From positions 66,813 through 130,812 of the forward strand of contig JAHJQN010000004.1 in the NCBI GenBank assembly GCA_018819225.1: a stretch of 64,000 bases of DNA, in the 5' to 3' direction. The DNA is from Candidatus Micrarchaeota archaeon. GTDB taxonomy: Archaea > Micrarchaeota > Micrarchaeia > Norongarragalinales > SBBD01. The number at the start of each line of letters is the position of its first letter. Within the stretch, counting starts at the first letter, position 1. A program made the position numbers and the translations under genes. Under the pieces are notes generated by a model that was given only the letters and a program-made list of their open reading frames with translations, was not told where the DNA came from and ran no database searches. Positions 36,322 through 46,131 of the stretch are shown one piece after another.

Positions 36322-39162
36322 TTCAAAAGATAAGCTTTTATTTGATAGATTAGAAATGCGCTTCCGAACGATCAGGGAGACAATGCCTATAATGAAGAGA
36401 ATCATGATGGGATGCCATTCCGGTGTTCGGCTTGAAACGATTCCGGTTCTTTGAATGTCGCAGGAATCGCTTCCGACCCCTGAAGAAGCACGGACTTCAT
36501 AGTTTATGCTCAGTGGCGTGTCAACGATATACCTGAATACGTTTCCGTTTACTGCTTCCAATTGATGAGGAGCACCGCTTAAAACGACGCCCGAACATGC
36601 TTTTCCTTCAACGATACATTGAACGGTTATGCGGGTATGATCGGACGCAGTAATGCGCGGGCAGGCTAGGGATAACACGCTTGCTTCTTGATATTCACCT
36701 GGCAACCCGCCATCTCCTCCCGGATCGGGTGTTGGCGTAATGGGTGGAGCGCCTGGTGGAAGAATGGTTATACTGGCTTCATCCGAATCGGAAAGGCCGC
36801 CGTCATCCCACACCGTTAGTATAGCTAAACGAGTCGTTTCTTCCGTGCACATGACGTTAAACGTATCGGTTTGTTGTCCGTTCAAAATGCAGTCGGTAGT
36901 ATCATTTAATTCCCATAACCAGGCGACGATCGTTCCGTCCGGATCATGGGATGCACTTCCATCCACGTTGACATCAATGCCTACCCACGTAAACACGTCT
37001 CCTCCTGCATTTGCAGAAGGAGGTATGTTTTCTCCACCGGGTGTAGCAGAAATGATCCATTGTTCTTGAAGATAATCGCTTTGAGATTCGTTATCCACGC
37101 ACGTAGCATCTACCAGCCAAAGGCCTTCAAACAGTAATGGTACATCGGAGTGATCTAATACCCAAAAATCGGTTCCGGGTACTTGAACCGCGTTGTCGTT
37201 GAAGACTTCTGAACTGGCAGGGTTTGTCATCGATAGCGTAACGAGGTCTAAAGCATTTTCTGGATCCGTGCATTCTGTCCGTGTTTGGTAAACGGTTTCT
37301 TCAAAAACAAGACTCGTGCAGTCCCCCCAATTTTCTGAACCCGTAGAATCGCATTCGATAGAGCTAATTATTGGAGGTAAGTTAGAGTTGATTTCCCAAA
37401 CTTCGTCTCTGCTTGTGGTTTCAATGGGAAATCCGTGACATGTGGCTCTTAACCGCCAAGCCCCCCCTTTATCGACGGGAACATTTAGTCCCTGTAAGCT
37501 ATAGAAGTCCCCCTCTTGTTGAGTATACCATCCGGAAGCGCGTTCGATCATGTCCGGATCAATCAATCGGAAATCTACGTAATCGACACCCCAGTCTTCA
37601 TCCGCACATTCCGCTCCCACTGCGGTAATCATTTCCATATACCGTGCATTCGTGCAATTAACGAATCCATCCCCTTCATCGCAAAGAATGTCTCCGAGAA
37701 CCAGGGGAATGTTTTCATTAAACCGTTGGGCAAGGACGCTCGTGGGGGGCAACCCATGGATGTCCGATCCTTTCTTGCCGAAACCCATGATGACTCCCCC
37801 GCCGCTATCCGGAATCGATTTAACGCTTTGAAAACCAAATCCAGAGCTGTCCGTGGAAAGTATGATGTTTGGGTTCCATAACGGATCCTTAACGCCATTA
37901 CTTAGGTATTTCGTTACATAATAGTATCGATCTGCCCCGATGGTTACGTCCGCATAATGAAGATAGACATCGTTTAACGAATCCATGGTGGCATCAATGC
38001 TCCAAGCAGAATCATCGATCGTCTTTAGCGTAGTCCATTCTGGAGCGATGGTTCCATTCGCCTGAACGCGCTGTAAAAATGTACGGCCATGGTATCCTTG
38101 TCCATTGACGAACGTTTCGGTAGTCCTTCCAATATAGTAAAATCCATTTTCGTTATCTGGCAATATTTTTTCAATGAACCCCTTGTTTGGAAGCGTGAGG
38201 TCTATACCCGTACTTCCCCACACTGGAGCAGGTGAGCCATTCTCATCCAGCTTGAGGAAACGCACGCGGTATTCGCTTCCTGGTAATCGGTAGTTTATTC
38301 CAACATAAGTGTATCCGTCACTAGAACGCGCTATGTATGCAAATGATTGCCATTCCCAAGCCGGATTATGATTCTGAATCAAAAAACCTTCTGCCGGCCA
38401 GCCCACTTCAACATCTCCACTCCCGTCCAAACGAATCAAGTAGATTTTTCCATCTGAAGTATCATGCCATGAAACAAATACGCCTCCATTCCCGTCGATG
38501 ATGCCACCGGCCATTCCTGAATTAGAGTTAGGAGCGTATATCGATTCCTTGATTAACGTCCTGAATAAAACCGTTCCCGTCGGACTTACTTTTAAGGCCC
38601 ATAAATCAGCCACACTAGAACCTAGTTTTCCGCAATCACCAGAGTTTCGACAGCGAGTATAAACGACATAGAAGTTACCATCGGAATCCGTAAACATATC
38701 CTTCAAATAGTTTTTTCCTTCATCCGAGTTATGGATTCTGGTTTTTCCCCAAATAATATTTTCATTCCCATCCAATCGTGCAGCGTACAGATTATAGTCA
38801 TATCCATAAGCAGGCGGCACGTTTGTTGCCCAAACCATGTATACTCCATTTGCGCCATCACTCGCAGACATTAGCCCGTGGCTCCATGGAGAAAAGTTTA
38901 CGTCAAGACTCCATAACGGTCTCCCAAAACTATTGAAATGATTTACAAAAGGTTGTGGATCCGCATAACCATTAACCGTTGCGTCATCCACCCATGTCAC
39001 GAATGCGCCGCCGAGTCCGTCATCAGCGATTTGAACCGTCTGGCCGCGATGATCGGAGACTTCCCAACGATAGGCTCCATAGAGGTGTTGGATGGCTGCT
39101 TCAGAAGAACTGGAAACAAGCAGCAATACCATGGCGATTTTGAGTAAGTGGTTCATGAACAA
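36295..39162 (-). CDS. Large secreted surface protein (third paralog): beta-propeller-like repeats + conserved Cys C-terminal domain + TPXXXP-type TM tail
   Basis: 955 aa with a signal peptide (MFMNHLLKIAMVLLLVSSSSEA). C-terminus CPRITASDHTRITVQCIVEGKAC...GSDSCDIQRTGIVSSRTPEWHPIMILFIIGIVSLIVRKR. The last roughly 9 codons overlap the 3' end of tRNA-Ser(TGA) on the other strand. Confidence 0.6.
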   Translation of the reverse strand: MFMNHLLKIAMVLLLVSSSSEAAIQHLYGAYRWEVSDHRGQTVQIADDGLGGAFVTWVDDATVNGYADPQPFVNHFNSFGRPLWSLDVNFSPWSHGLMSASDGANGVYMVWATNVPPAYGYDYNLYAARLDGNENIIWGKTRIHNSDEGKNYLKDMFTDSDGNFYVVYTRCRNSGDCGKLGSSVADLWALKVSPTGTVLFRTLIKESIYAPNSNSGMAGGIIDGNGGVFVSWHDTSDGKIYLIRLDGSGDVEVGWPAEGFLIQNHNPAWEWQSFAYIARSSDGYTYVGINYRLPGSEYRVRFLKLDENGSPAPVWGSTGIDLTLPNKGFIEKILPDNENGFYYIGRTTETFVNGQGYHGRTFLQRVQANGTIAPEWTTLKTIDDSAWSIDATMDSLNDVYLHYADVTIGADRYYYVTKYLSNGVKDPLWNPNIILSTDSSGFGFQSVKSIPDSGGGVIMGFGKKGSDIHGLPPTSVLAQRFNENIPLVLGDILCDEGDGFVNCTNARYMEMITAVGAECADEDWGVDYVDFRLIDPDMIERASGWYTQQEGDFYSLQGLNVPVDKGGAWRLRATCHGFPIETTSRDEVWEINSNLPPIISSIECDSTGSENWGDCTSLVFEETVYQTRTECTDPENALDLVTLSMTNPASSEVFNDNAVQVPGTDFWVLDHSDVPLLFEGLWLVDATCVDNESQSDYLQEQWIISATPGGENIPPSANAGGDVFTWVGIDVNVDGSASHDPDGTIVAWLWELNDTTDCILNGQQTDTFNVMCTEETTRLAILTVWDDGGLSDSDEASITILPPGAPPITPTPDPGGDGGLPGEYQEASVLSLACPRITASDHTRITVQCIVEGKACSGVVLSGAPHQLEAVNGNVFRYIVDTPLSINYEVRASSGVGSDSCDIQRTGIVSSRTPEWHPIMILFIIGIVSLIVRKRISNLSNKSLSFERRGGDSNS

Positions 39163-39251
39163 AGTATGAATTACGCCTAAATAAGCTTTGCTCTTCCATC
39201 AAAAAATAAGTAGACACAAGTAATTCTAAAGAGAAAAGGAACGGCGTTTGA

Positions 39252-39977
39252 TTACGCCTTCAAGCCGAGTCCTTGTCGGGTCAGTACGTACCTCGCGTCA
39301 ATCCACAACGCGTTCACGGGAATCACGCTTACGAACCGGTGTAGCACCGTATTAACCACGATGAACGAACTGGTTATTCCTCCTGCAAACATCAATCGTT
39401 CGAATGCGACGATGGGAATGAGTGCGGTCCAGAATGCAGCGGTTGTGGGAAAGGTATAAATCCAAACAACTCCACCAACCGAATGCGCGGTAAACGTGGC
39501 TCCCAGGGATCGCATGAACAAGTTTTCAGGCAGGAAACTCGCGATGACGGGTATCAACCAGTATAACGAGTAATACCAGGCTTCAGCGCCCACCGGATGC
39601 AATAAAAATGCGGCCATGGCTACAAGCGGTACGATTCGCGATATTTTGGCGGTTCGGGTCGCAAAATAGTATGCGGCAAACAACATGGGGGTTAACCGCA
39701 TCAGGTTGACGAACGTCACGTCTTTTCCAAGCAATAGAAAACCGCCGATTTCCGCCAGCAATACGGAAGCTGCTCCAGCGATTGGACCTAAAAATCCGCC
39801 TGCAATCGGTCCGAGAAACTGAAACATCGTAAAGAATTGATTTTCAGCGCCTAAAACTTGGGAAAAATTGATTTGTTGGGCAATCAATGCGGCGACGCCA
39901 AAAATCACTATAAACAGCACGCGCTTCCGACTATAAACCGTATTCCAATCCACGCAAACCCACCCCCCTCGATACAA
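39252..39977 (-). CDS. Polytopic membrane protein, possibly ECF-transporter S-component/BioY-like
   Basis: 241 aa with six to seven TM helices. The Gly-rich motif FLGPIAGGFLGPIAGAAS is reminiscent of BioY/ECF S components. This is a weak call. Confidence 0.3.
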   Translation of the reverse strand: MYRGGWVCVDWNTVYSRKRVLFIVIFGVAALIAQQINFSQVLGAENQFFTMFQFLGPIAGGFLGPIAGAASVLLAEIGGFLLLGKDVTFVNLMRLTPMLFAAYYFATRTAKISRIVPLVAMAAFLLHPVGAEAWYYSLYWLIPVIASFLPENLFMRSLGATFTAHSVGGVVWIYTFPTTAAFWTALIPIVAFERLMFAGGITSSFIVVNTVLHRFVSVIPVNALWIDARYVLTRQGLGLKA

Positions 39978-40004
39978 TAAACAGTGCAGAAAACAAGAAT
40001 GCTT

Positions 40005-40406
40005 TTACGGAGCAGATTTTAAAACTCTTTCTATCTCTTCCGCCAACTTAAAATACTCTTCAAACTTGTGCGAATAATCGTTTTTCCCTTTTATTCCGAT
40101 TCCCTGGCTCCTCATTTTCCTAAGCAGACGCCGGTGTTGCTGAAGCGTTCCCAAAAGGTATACGTCAGTAGTGGGCTCGGAACAGTCCACCGCATGAATG
40201 GAAACCGCCGCATCCCCTCCTACAGCTAACATTTCCTGTTTTAGGATGTTCGCCACCGCATTACGAACGCTTTTCAGAAATATTATTCGAAAAACAGCTT
40301 TGGGTGCCATGATTCGTGCACCACCCGCGGATGCCCGAGCATCCAGAAAGGCAGCGCAGGCTTCTTTCTCGTTTTCGAACGTTATTAGCTTTCCCTGATA
40401 GTCCAT
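40005..40406 (-). CDS. Hypothetical soluble protein
   Basis: 133-aa ORF with no confident motif. Confidence 0.3.
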   Translation of the reverse strand: MDYQGKLITFENEKEACAAFLDARASAGGARIMAPKAVFRIIFLKSVRNAVANILKQEMLAVGGDAAVSIHAVDCSEPTTDVYLLGTLQQHRRLLRKMRSQGIGIKGKNDYSHKFEEYFKLAEEIERVLKSAP

Positions 40407-40696
40407 GGGTAATTATGCAGGATGCTAGTTAATTATTTAAAAAACAATGCCTCGAGGGCGTATCCACTAGAGATATGAGAAGCGGGACCCCGCCCTTTTC
40501 CGAACGAATTCGAAAGAAGAGCGGGGCGCAATGGGTTTGCCTCCTAGTGAACGTCTCCATTCGGGGATTCGCGGTTAAAGAACCGCCAGAGAAACCATCC
40601 GGATGCAACAAATCCGATCATGATCACGGATGAAAACGCGCTGATAATCCAAGACGTAGCCTCCATGATTTTTTTCCACTTCCACTATTTACGGGG

Positions 40697-40710
40697 GTTT
40701 ATAAATATAA
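40697..40710 (+). promoter_or_regulatory. Putative archaeal TATA box (tttataaatataat) for the trmB-like gene
   Basis: AT-rich TATA-like element preceded by a G-rich BRE-like stretch (cggggg), about 58-70 nt upstream of the ATG at 40768. It sits in a 360-bp divergent intergenic region. Confidence 0.3.
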
Positions 40711-40767
40711 TAGCATGTCGTCATTCAACCGACAACTTAAAAAATAACGACGTATATACAAATAAGT

Positions 40768-41541
40768 ATGTTAGAGGAGGATTTGATCGAACTGGGCCTC
40801 ACCAAGAACGAAGCAAGAGTATACCTTTCGCTTCTGAAAAAGGGGCCGCTCACCGCCCACGAGATTTCCAACGCCTCGGGCATCTATCGGCCGTCGGTAT
40901 ACGATTGCCTGAATACGTTGATGGAGCAAGGTTTGACAAGTTACATTCTTGTCGAAGGAAAGAAACGTTTCCAGGCCGCGAACCCCCGTTCGTTGGAGGA
41001 TTACTATGAACAACGTCTTCAGAAAGTGAAACAAGTGGTAGTCGAACTGTCAAAATTCTCTCCGAAAGAACGGGAAGTGGCGACCGTTGAAGTTTATCGG
41101 GGACGCAAGGCGTTGAAGAAAGCCTTCCGGGACATTCTGGTGGAATTAAAGCGAACCCGGGTGCCTCATTTGGGAATGGGCATTGACGACTCCTACTTTA
41201 TCAATGAGGATCCGTACTTCAGTGAATGGTTCATACGAAATTTGGAAAAACAAAACTTGAAAGAAAAGATGATCACGTTCGAGGGAGCAACGGGATTCGC
41301 TGGCGGAAAGACCACCGAATACCGATTTATTCCTCCGGAATTCTTCAATCCAACGAACATCCTGATTGACGGCAACTTGGTTACGATCATCATTTGGACC
41401 GAGCCGCGATATGTCATTAAAATCCGCAGCAAACAGATCTCGGAATCGTACCGCAAACAGTTCGAGCTGATGTGGCGCGGAGGTAAGAAAATGAAGTGGA
41501 CTCAATCGTTCAGGCAGCGGGTTCCTTTGAAGAACGCATAA
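40768..41541 (+). CDS. TrmB-family transcriptional regulator
   Basis: 257 aa. The N-terminal wHTH LGLTKNEARVYLSLLKKGPLTAHEISNASGIYRPSVYDCLNTLMEQGL is typical of TrmB. A C-terminal effector-binding-like domain follows. Confidence 0.75.
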   Translation: MLEEDLIELGLTKNEARVYLSLLKKGPLTAHEISNASGIYRPSVYDCLNTLMEQGLTSYILVEGKKRFQAANPRSLEDYYEQRLQKVKQVVVELSKFSPKEREVATVEVYRGRKALKKAFRDILVELKRTRVPHLGMGIDDSYFINEDPYFSEWFIRNLEKQNLKEKMITFEGATGFAGGKTTEYRFIPPEFFNPTNILIDGNLVTIIIWTEPRYVIKIRSKQISESYRKQFELMWRGGKKMKWTQSFRQRVPLKNA

Positions 41542-43165
41542 ATACGCGGGTCATCCGCTTGCCAAGGTCTCCGACCCGTCGAATGGCATTATGGAAGCGC
41601 CAGTTCGGTGGGTAATACAGTAGATGCCGGTTTCCCAGCCATCCAACAACCCCCAATTCTGATCGAAATTTTCTAAGTCTCTCTGTTTCGGATCCTCCTG
41701 CTGAAACAATGCTCTTATTCCCATCAGGCAATCGGTCATGTATCTTCTGGAGCGTGTGATAAACAAGTGCGGCTCCGGCTTGTCTGACCATTTCACCCCC
41801 CAATCCCGCCGGAAGCTCCAATTTCGTTGGTGTAATCAATGCAATAGCGGCATATACGGGTCGCAATTGTTCTCGCTTTACCCATTCTTCTCGAGATTCT
41901 CCCAATCTTTTTTTTTCGCGTTTATCCGCGGTTGCATTCAATCGACTTCCAGTGACACCGAGTCCGCTTCGAGTTAACTCGGCAATCGTGTTTCGAAAAG
42001 GATGTCCACGAGGAAGATCTTCTCTTCGGAGTTCCCGGACGACGCCTGGACCAAAATACCCTATGTGTTCATAGGCCGCAAATCCGAAGGGAATGCGCCG
42101 ATTCGATCGTCCTCGAGAACCGGTGTAGCTTAGGTAAACCATGTACAAGGGATGAGTTGCGGTTGATTTAAATCGAAGGTACATTTGGTGAGCTGCAATA
42201 GCCGTTCCAATATCTTCACCAGTTCTTCTGTGCATCTGAGGTGCCCATTGTTTGAGCACTTGAAGCGCGTCGGAACGATGTAGGTATGGATGGTAGTTTT
42301 CGACTCGAATCGCTACGCCCTTCGGCAATGAATTTCGAAATTCTTTCAATTTTCTAACGAGTGAGGGTTTTGGGGAAGTAAATACGTGTTCCAAAGAAAT
42401 GAGCGGGGAAGCATACCGATCATCATCCATTGGCCATTTTCCATCCCACTTGTCCCCTCTACGATAATCCGTAAATCCCTGCTCCTTCGTCAACCTCAGT
42501 TCAAGAAATGGATTTGCTTTTTTTACGATGACCTTGTCTCGGGTCGACTTTCCGAGTTGTTCAGAAATAATTCGGGTTAGGGCAGCCATGCGACGAGGTT
42601 TTCCCTCGGGGCTCAAAATGACGAAAGGAGCCCTATTGTGCTCTTTGGTCGCAATGATGAGGAATCCGTCACTGCCTCCATTGAGGAGGACGATCCATGG
42701 TCTTTCGCAGTGACGGGCGGCTTGCATTGCCCACAGAATCGAGCGGCCATAATGTGGGACAATCTGAGTTTTTTCAAGCCCCTCTTTTCTCAGTAATTTT
42801 TGGCTTAGGGAATAAACGTCTTCATTGGATAAAGGGCGTATCTCAACATTCGGCGTTTTACCCCGATTCTGATATATCGCCATACGGTTTTCAATGGACT
42901 CCGTGTTTTGCGACAAGATCTGCAAATGGTGTTCGTATGGTTTCATTCGTTGGGCTTCAATCGAAGCGGTGAGATGGACGGCTTCTTTCTCCCTATGTAT
43001 ATTTTCCAAATGCCTGATTTGATCCTGATGGGCTCTCAACTGTTTTTGAATTCTTCGTTCAATCCATTCCGGACTCCGCCCAACCAAACGACGGGATTCC
43101 GTTACCGAATTCGGTATCCGGGTGGGCCACCTCCACTCTTCGTGTTTTTGCTTTTTCGGGGCCAT
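41510..43165 (-). CDS. Hypothetical 551-aa protein, possibly GNAT-fold (DUF2156/FemAB-like)
   Basis: Basic N-terminal coiled-coil region. The C-terminal two thirds alternate beta-strand and helix, with segments such as WIVLLNGGSDGFLIIATKEHNRAPFVILSPEG and YMVYLSYTGSRGRSNRRIPFGFAAYEHIGYF. The DUF2156 resemblance is from memory only. It is the last gene of the minus-strand paralog array. Confidence 0.3.
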   Translation of the reverse strand: MAPKKQKHEEWRWPTRIPNSVTESRRLVGRSPEWIERRIQKQLRAHQDQIRHLENIHREKEAVHLTASIEAQRMKPYEHHLQILSQNTESIENRMAIYQNRGKTPNVEIRPLSNEDVYSLSQKLLRKEGLEKTQIVPHYGRSILWAMQAARHCERPWIVLLNGGSDGFLIIATKEHNRAPFVILSPEGKPRRMAALTRIISEQLGKSTRDKVIVKKANPFLELRLTKEQGFTDYRRGDKWDGKWPMDDDRYASPLISLEHVFTSPKPSLVRKLKEFRNSLPKGVAIRVENYHPYLHRSDALQVLKQWAPQMHRRTGEDIGTAIAAHQMYLRFKSTATHPLYMVYLSYTGSRGRSNRRIPFGFAAYEHIGYFGPGVVRELRREDLPRGHPFRNTIAELTRSGLGVTGSRLNATADKREKKRLGESREEWVKREQLRPVYAAIALITPTKLELPAGLGGEMVRQAGAALVYHTLQKIHDRLPDGNKSIVSAGGSETERLRKFRSELGVVGWLGNRHLLYYPPNWRFHNAIRRVGDLGKRMTRVFMRSSKEPAA

Positions 43166-43485
43166 AACCCTTTTGATAATCTAATCCTATATAATTCCAA
43201 TTGAAAGAGTATCGTTCCCGATTGAAAAAAATAATTAACGCAAACAAGTAAAACAATTTAAACATGTATTCGTTATTGGCTTCATTGAGCTTTAGAGAGT
43301 TTGCGTTTTCTAATCCACATGACCAGCATTATTAAAAAAAATCCCGCCAGTACGGGTATTCCCCGGTCTCCCAACTCCCCCCGTAACGCGCTCCTCAACC
43401 CAAACCAAACCGCGAGAAAGAGCAGAATAACGCCTCCAAGCTTGAGGAGTGTAATGGGTGATTTATCTTTCAATTATTTCGCCTT

Positions 43486-44145
43486 CTATTTCCGGAAAAC
43501 CGCCTTAATCTCACACCGACGGTGGGGCGTTCCATGAAATACGTGTTTATAGGCATCTAATGCCAACGATTCCATGTTGAAGCCTTCTCTCTGGAATGCC
43601 TCACGGACTTCCTTTTCTTCAAAATAATGAACCCAAACGTTATTTCCTTTACGGAATGTCCCCGGCTCCACTTCTTCCCCTTTTCCGCTGCGCAAATCCG
43701 TTCGCTCAAAACCCTTGAAGTAGCATAAGCCCCCGGGTTTCAAAACACGATAGGCTTCCGCAATAGCGGCCTCGCGTTCACTTAGATTAAGGTGTCCGAC
43801 AATATGAAATAAGAAAACAACATCAAAAAAATTACGTTGAAAATTAAGTGTGCACAAATCGCCAACCGTGATATTCGCTTTTGCCTTGAATAATTTAGCT
43901 CGTTCTTTGGCTAAAGAAATAGCAGTTGGAGAAACATCAATGGCGTATAGCTCGAATCCTTTGTTGAATAGAGAGCTCAAATGTTTTCCATTGCCACACC
44001 CGACTTCGAGAATTCGGCTTCCTTCCGGTAGATCGAGTTTGAAATTCGTGGTTCCCCGCCATCTTCCTCTCCCCGACTTGTACTCTTTTTCCCAAGCATA
44101 CACGTGATGCTTTGATAACGGACCAGAAGAATAGGGCAATGGCAT
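43486..44145 (-). CDS. Class I SAM-dependent methyltransferase
   Basis: ILEVGCGNGKHL is SAM-binding motif I. AIDVSPTAISLAKERA is the motif II region. VVFLFHIVGHL and LKPGGLCYF follow. Length 219 aa. Confidence 0.75.
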   Translation of the reverse strand: MPLPYSSGPLSKHHVYAWEKEYKSGRGRWRGTTNFKLDLPEGSRILEVGCGNGKHLSSLFNKGFELYAIDVSPTAISLAKERAKLFKAKANITVGDLCTLNFQRNFFDVVFLFHIVGHLNLSEREAAIAEAYRVLKPGGLCYFKGFERTDLRSGKGEEVEPGTFRKGNNVWVHYFEEKEVREAFQREGFNMESLALDAYKHVFHGTPHRRCEIKAVFRK

Positions 44146-44157
44146 TCCTCATCATCC

Positions 44158-44649
44158 TTATACCGGCCTGGCTTTTTTCCCCAACCGGGTTTGTAAACAC
44201 TCGAACGTTGTCGGAACCGACAAATCAAGGTGAAATCGCTCAAAATCTTTTCCCTGTTTATCGGTGGATCGAAATCCCATTTGATGGAAGTGATCCATCA
44301 GTTTCGTATTAATCACCGGAATAGATGCATGGCGAATTCCTTGTTTCCGTAACCAATTAAATGATTCCAACCGCAGCTTGATTCGTATCGTATTATCTCG
44401 AATTTGTTGGTGAATAAGTCGCGTGTCCATTCCCCCGCGACCGTTCGATTGAATGCGTGAAAAGGCTAGACCAATCATTCGATTACCCGAATAAGCGGCG
44501 TGAACGATGTTTTCTTTTTCCCTGAAATAAGATTCCGCTTCGTTGGGTAATACCGGTGCACCCGTGTCGCCGCTGAGAAATCGACGTACTTGAGCTCGGT
44601 CTCTCTCGTTAAGTTTTTGGAGGGCTTGAATTTCATATCGTTCCGCCAC
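44158..44649 (-). CDS. GNAT-family N-acetyltransferase (paralog 3)
   Basis: 163 aa. GNAT motif A region RMIGLAFSRIQSNGRGGMDTRLI...WLRKQGIRHASIPVINTKLMDHFHQMGFR. The N-terminus (ELQKLNERDRAQVRRFL) is conserved with the other two GNAT paralogs. Confidence 0.65.
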   Translation of the reverse strand: MAERYEIQALQKLNERDRAQVRRFLSGDTGAPVLPNEAESYFREKENIVHAAYSGNRMIGLAFSRIQSNGRGGMDTRLIHQQIRDNTIRIKLRLESFNWLRKQGIRHASIPVINTKLMDHFHQMGFRSTDKQGKDFERFHLDLSVPTTFECLQTRLGKKARPV

Positions 44650-44672
44650 GGTTTGATCGCCTGCATTATTTG

Positions 44673-45026
44673 TTACGCTTTGGTAATTCGTTTAACGAGA
44701 ACTTCAGGATTCACAAACGCATTTTTTTCGTTGTCGAAATACGTCTGAACCGCTTTTTCGCCCACACTCTTGAAAAACGAGTCCCAGGCATCCGCATACT
44801 CCGGTTTCAATCCAGCTTTTTTCATCTTAGGAAGTTCTTCGGGGAGAAACGGAGTCAATATTACAGAGGCGTTCTCCAAATCCGTCGCGGAAGGCTTCCG
44901 AGCGAATACGCCACGCGATTTCACATCGAACTCGAACCCTTTTTCCGTAAATATGGCTTGCAATGTTTTCGCAACTGCATTACTGGAAATGCCGTGATCG
45001 CAAACCACGAGGATTTCTTTGTTCAT
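44673..45026 (-). CDS. Small Cys-motif protein, paralog 3 (CxxGxSS; PTS-EIIB-like/Rossmann-like fold suspected)
   Basis: 117 aa starting MNKEILVVCDHGISSNAVAKTL. It shares the VVVC-x-x-G-x-(R/S)-S N-terminal motif with 46124-46651 and 47224-47685. Confidence 0.4.
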   Translation of the reverse strand: MNKEILVVCDHGISSNAVAKTLQAIFTEKGFEFDVKSRGVFARKPSATDLENASVILTPFLPEELPKMKKAGLKPEYADAWDSFFKSVGEKAVQTYFDNEKNAFVNPEVLVKRITKA

Positions 45027-45074
45027 GATATTATAGATACATGGGTGTTCAAATGCTTTTCCTCCGGATTAATT

Positions 45075-45560
45075 TCAAGGAAATTTTCTTACGCGTTGTT
45101 CAACGTGCGCCCATTCCGCTGCATTTCCAATAGGTATGTCGAAGCGTTTTTGGGCGGGATTAACGGATTCCGTTCTTTCCGGAAATCCGGACAAGCGAAG
45201 ACTCCGGATAATGCGGTTGTTTTCCACGCGACGAATGCTGGCAGTTTTTGCTCCGCGATTCCGTAACCCGTTTAAAGTGGATAAAAACAATCGGTTCCCA
45301 ATGTTTCGATATCGTTCGCTGGGCTCAACCAATACGTACGACAAACGACCCCGTTCCTTATTTATGCTGGTTAACGCGAATCCCACGATTCGACCTCCCC
45401 TAAAAGCGGCATGAATGAACCGATTAGGTGACGAAAAGAATGCTTTGACCGATCGCTCCGAAACCGCGTGTTCGCGTTCCGATTTCAACAAATCGAGAAT
45501 TTGTTTCCGGTGACCCTGGTCCAAGTGCTGCAATTCACGGAATTTCACAAGTTTCGGCAT
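45075..45560 (-). CDS. GNAT-family N-acetyltransferase (paralog 2)
   Basis: 161 aa. RIVGFALTSINKERGRLSYVLVEPSERYRNIGNRLF...LRNRGAKTASIRRVENNRIIRSLRLSGF. The N-terminus is KFRELQHLDQGHRKQILDLL. Confidence 0.65.
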   Translation of the reverse strand: MPKLVKFRELQHLDQGHRKQILDLLKSEREHAVSERSVKAFFSSPNRFIHAAFRGGRIVGFALTSINKERGRLSYVLVEPSERYRNIGNRLFLSTLNGLRNRGAKTASIRRVENNRIIRSLRLSGFPERTESVNPAQKRFDIPIGNAAEWAHVEQRVRKFP

Positions 45561-45591
45561 GATCTCACTTCTTTTTTCGACATATTAGCTA

Positions 45592-46131
45592 TTATAATCG
45601 TTCCATTCGATGTTGCAATAAACCAATTTTTTTCCTTAATATGCGTAGTGCTATGCTGGTAAGCGGAACTCCGCCTCCTTGATCAAATCCGCCGCCACCT
45701 TCAGGTTCCTCGGTTCGAAACGCAAATCCCTTTTTCTGTGCAGCCAGTGTTGAAAGAACGCCTACATCTTGGGGACCAAATGTCTCGGATTTCCAACCAT
45801 TTGCCACGAATCTAAAATGGCTGGCGGGAAAATGACCTTTTTGGTGGGGATGTGGTTCAAGTGATAGGGTAAGTCGGACTTTGTCGCCTAAATCCCCTTC
45901 AACACGGTGAGTAAGCCCACCCGTATGAACGGCACGGATCTGGTTAGACTCTTCAAATAAGTGCAATACGACTTCTCTTACTCGTCCAGGGGCCGTAACC
46001 CTTGGAAGAACGCGCAATAGCGTTCTGCGGACATTATGCAAATCCCCTTCCCGAATCTTTTCGTGATGGGTCGATAGCACTCGATCAACGAATCCTTCCC
46101 ATTCCCTCGATTTAGGTGTTGATTTAACCAT
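45592..46131 (-). CDS. HPH-motif protein family member (intact copy); possible HIT/GalT-like nucleotidyl-transfer fold
   Basis: 179 aa containing LSLEPHPHQKGHF. His-Pro-His is the GalT/HIT-branch active-site pattern. It is a paralog of the frameshifted gene at 46724-47217. It overlaps the upstream gene by 8 nt. Confidence 0.35.
   Translation of the reverse strand: MVKSTPKSREWEGFVDRVLSTHHEKIREGDLHNVRRTLLRVLPRVTAPGRVREVVLHLFEESNQIRAVHTGGLTHRVEGDLGDKVRLTLSLEPHPHQKGHFPASHFRFVANGWKSETFGPQDVGVLSTLAAQKKGFAFRTEEPEGGGGFDQGGGVPLTSIALRILRKKIGLLQHRMERL

Noticed and set aside
39252-39977. Considered whether this multi-TM protein upstream of the TPEWHP-tailed surface protein is the cognate archaeosortase
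   Set aside because: Archaeosortases/exosortases have a conserved internal catalytic Cys and Arg. This protein's only Cys is at residue 8 of the ORF, which is probably upstream of the true start. Its Gly-rich TM motif looks more like a BioY/ECF S component.
40429-40611. 60-aa ORF in the 360-bp divergent intergenic region between 40005-40406 and the trmB-like gene
   Set aside because: It has no motif. The region has promoter-like AT-rich and GC hairpin elements, and it is more plausibly regulatory DNA than coding.
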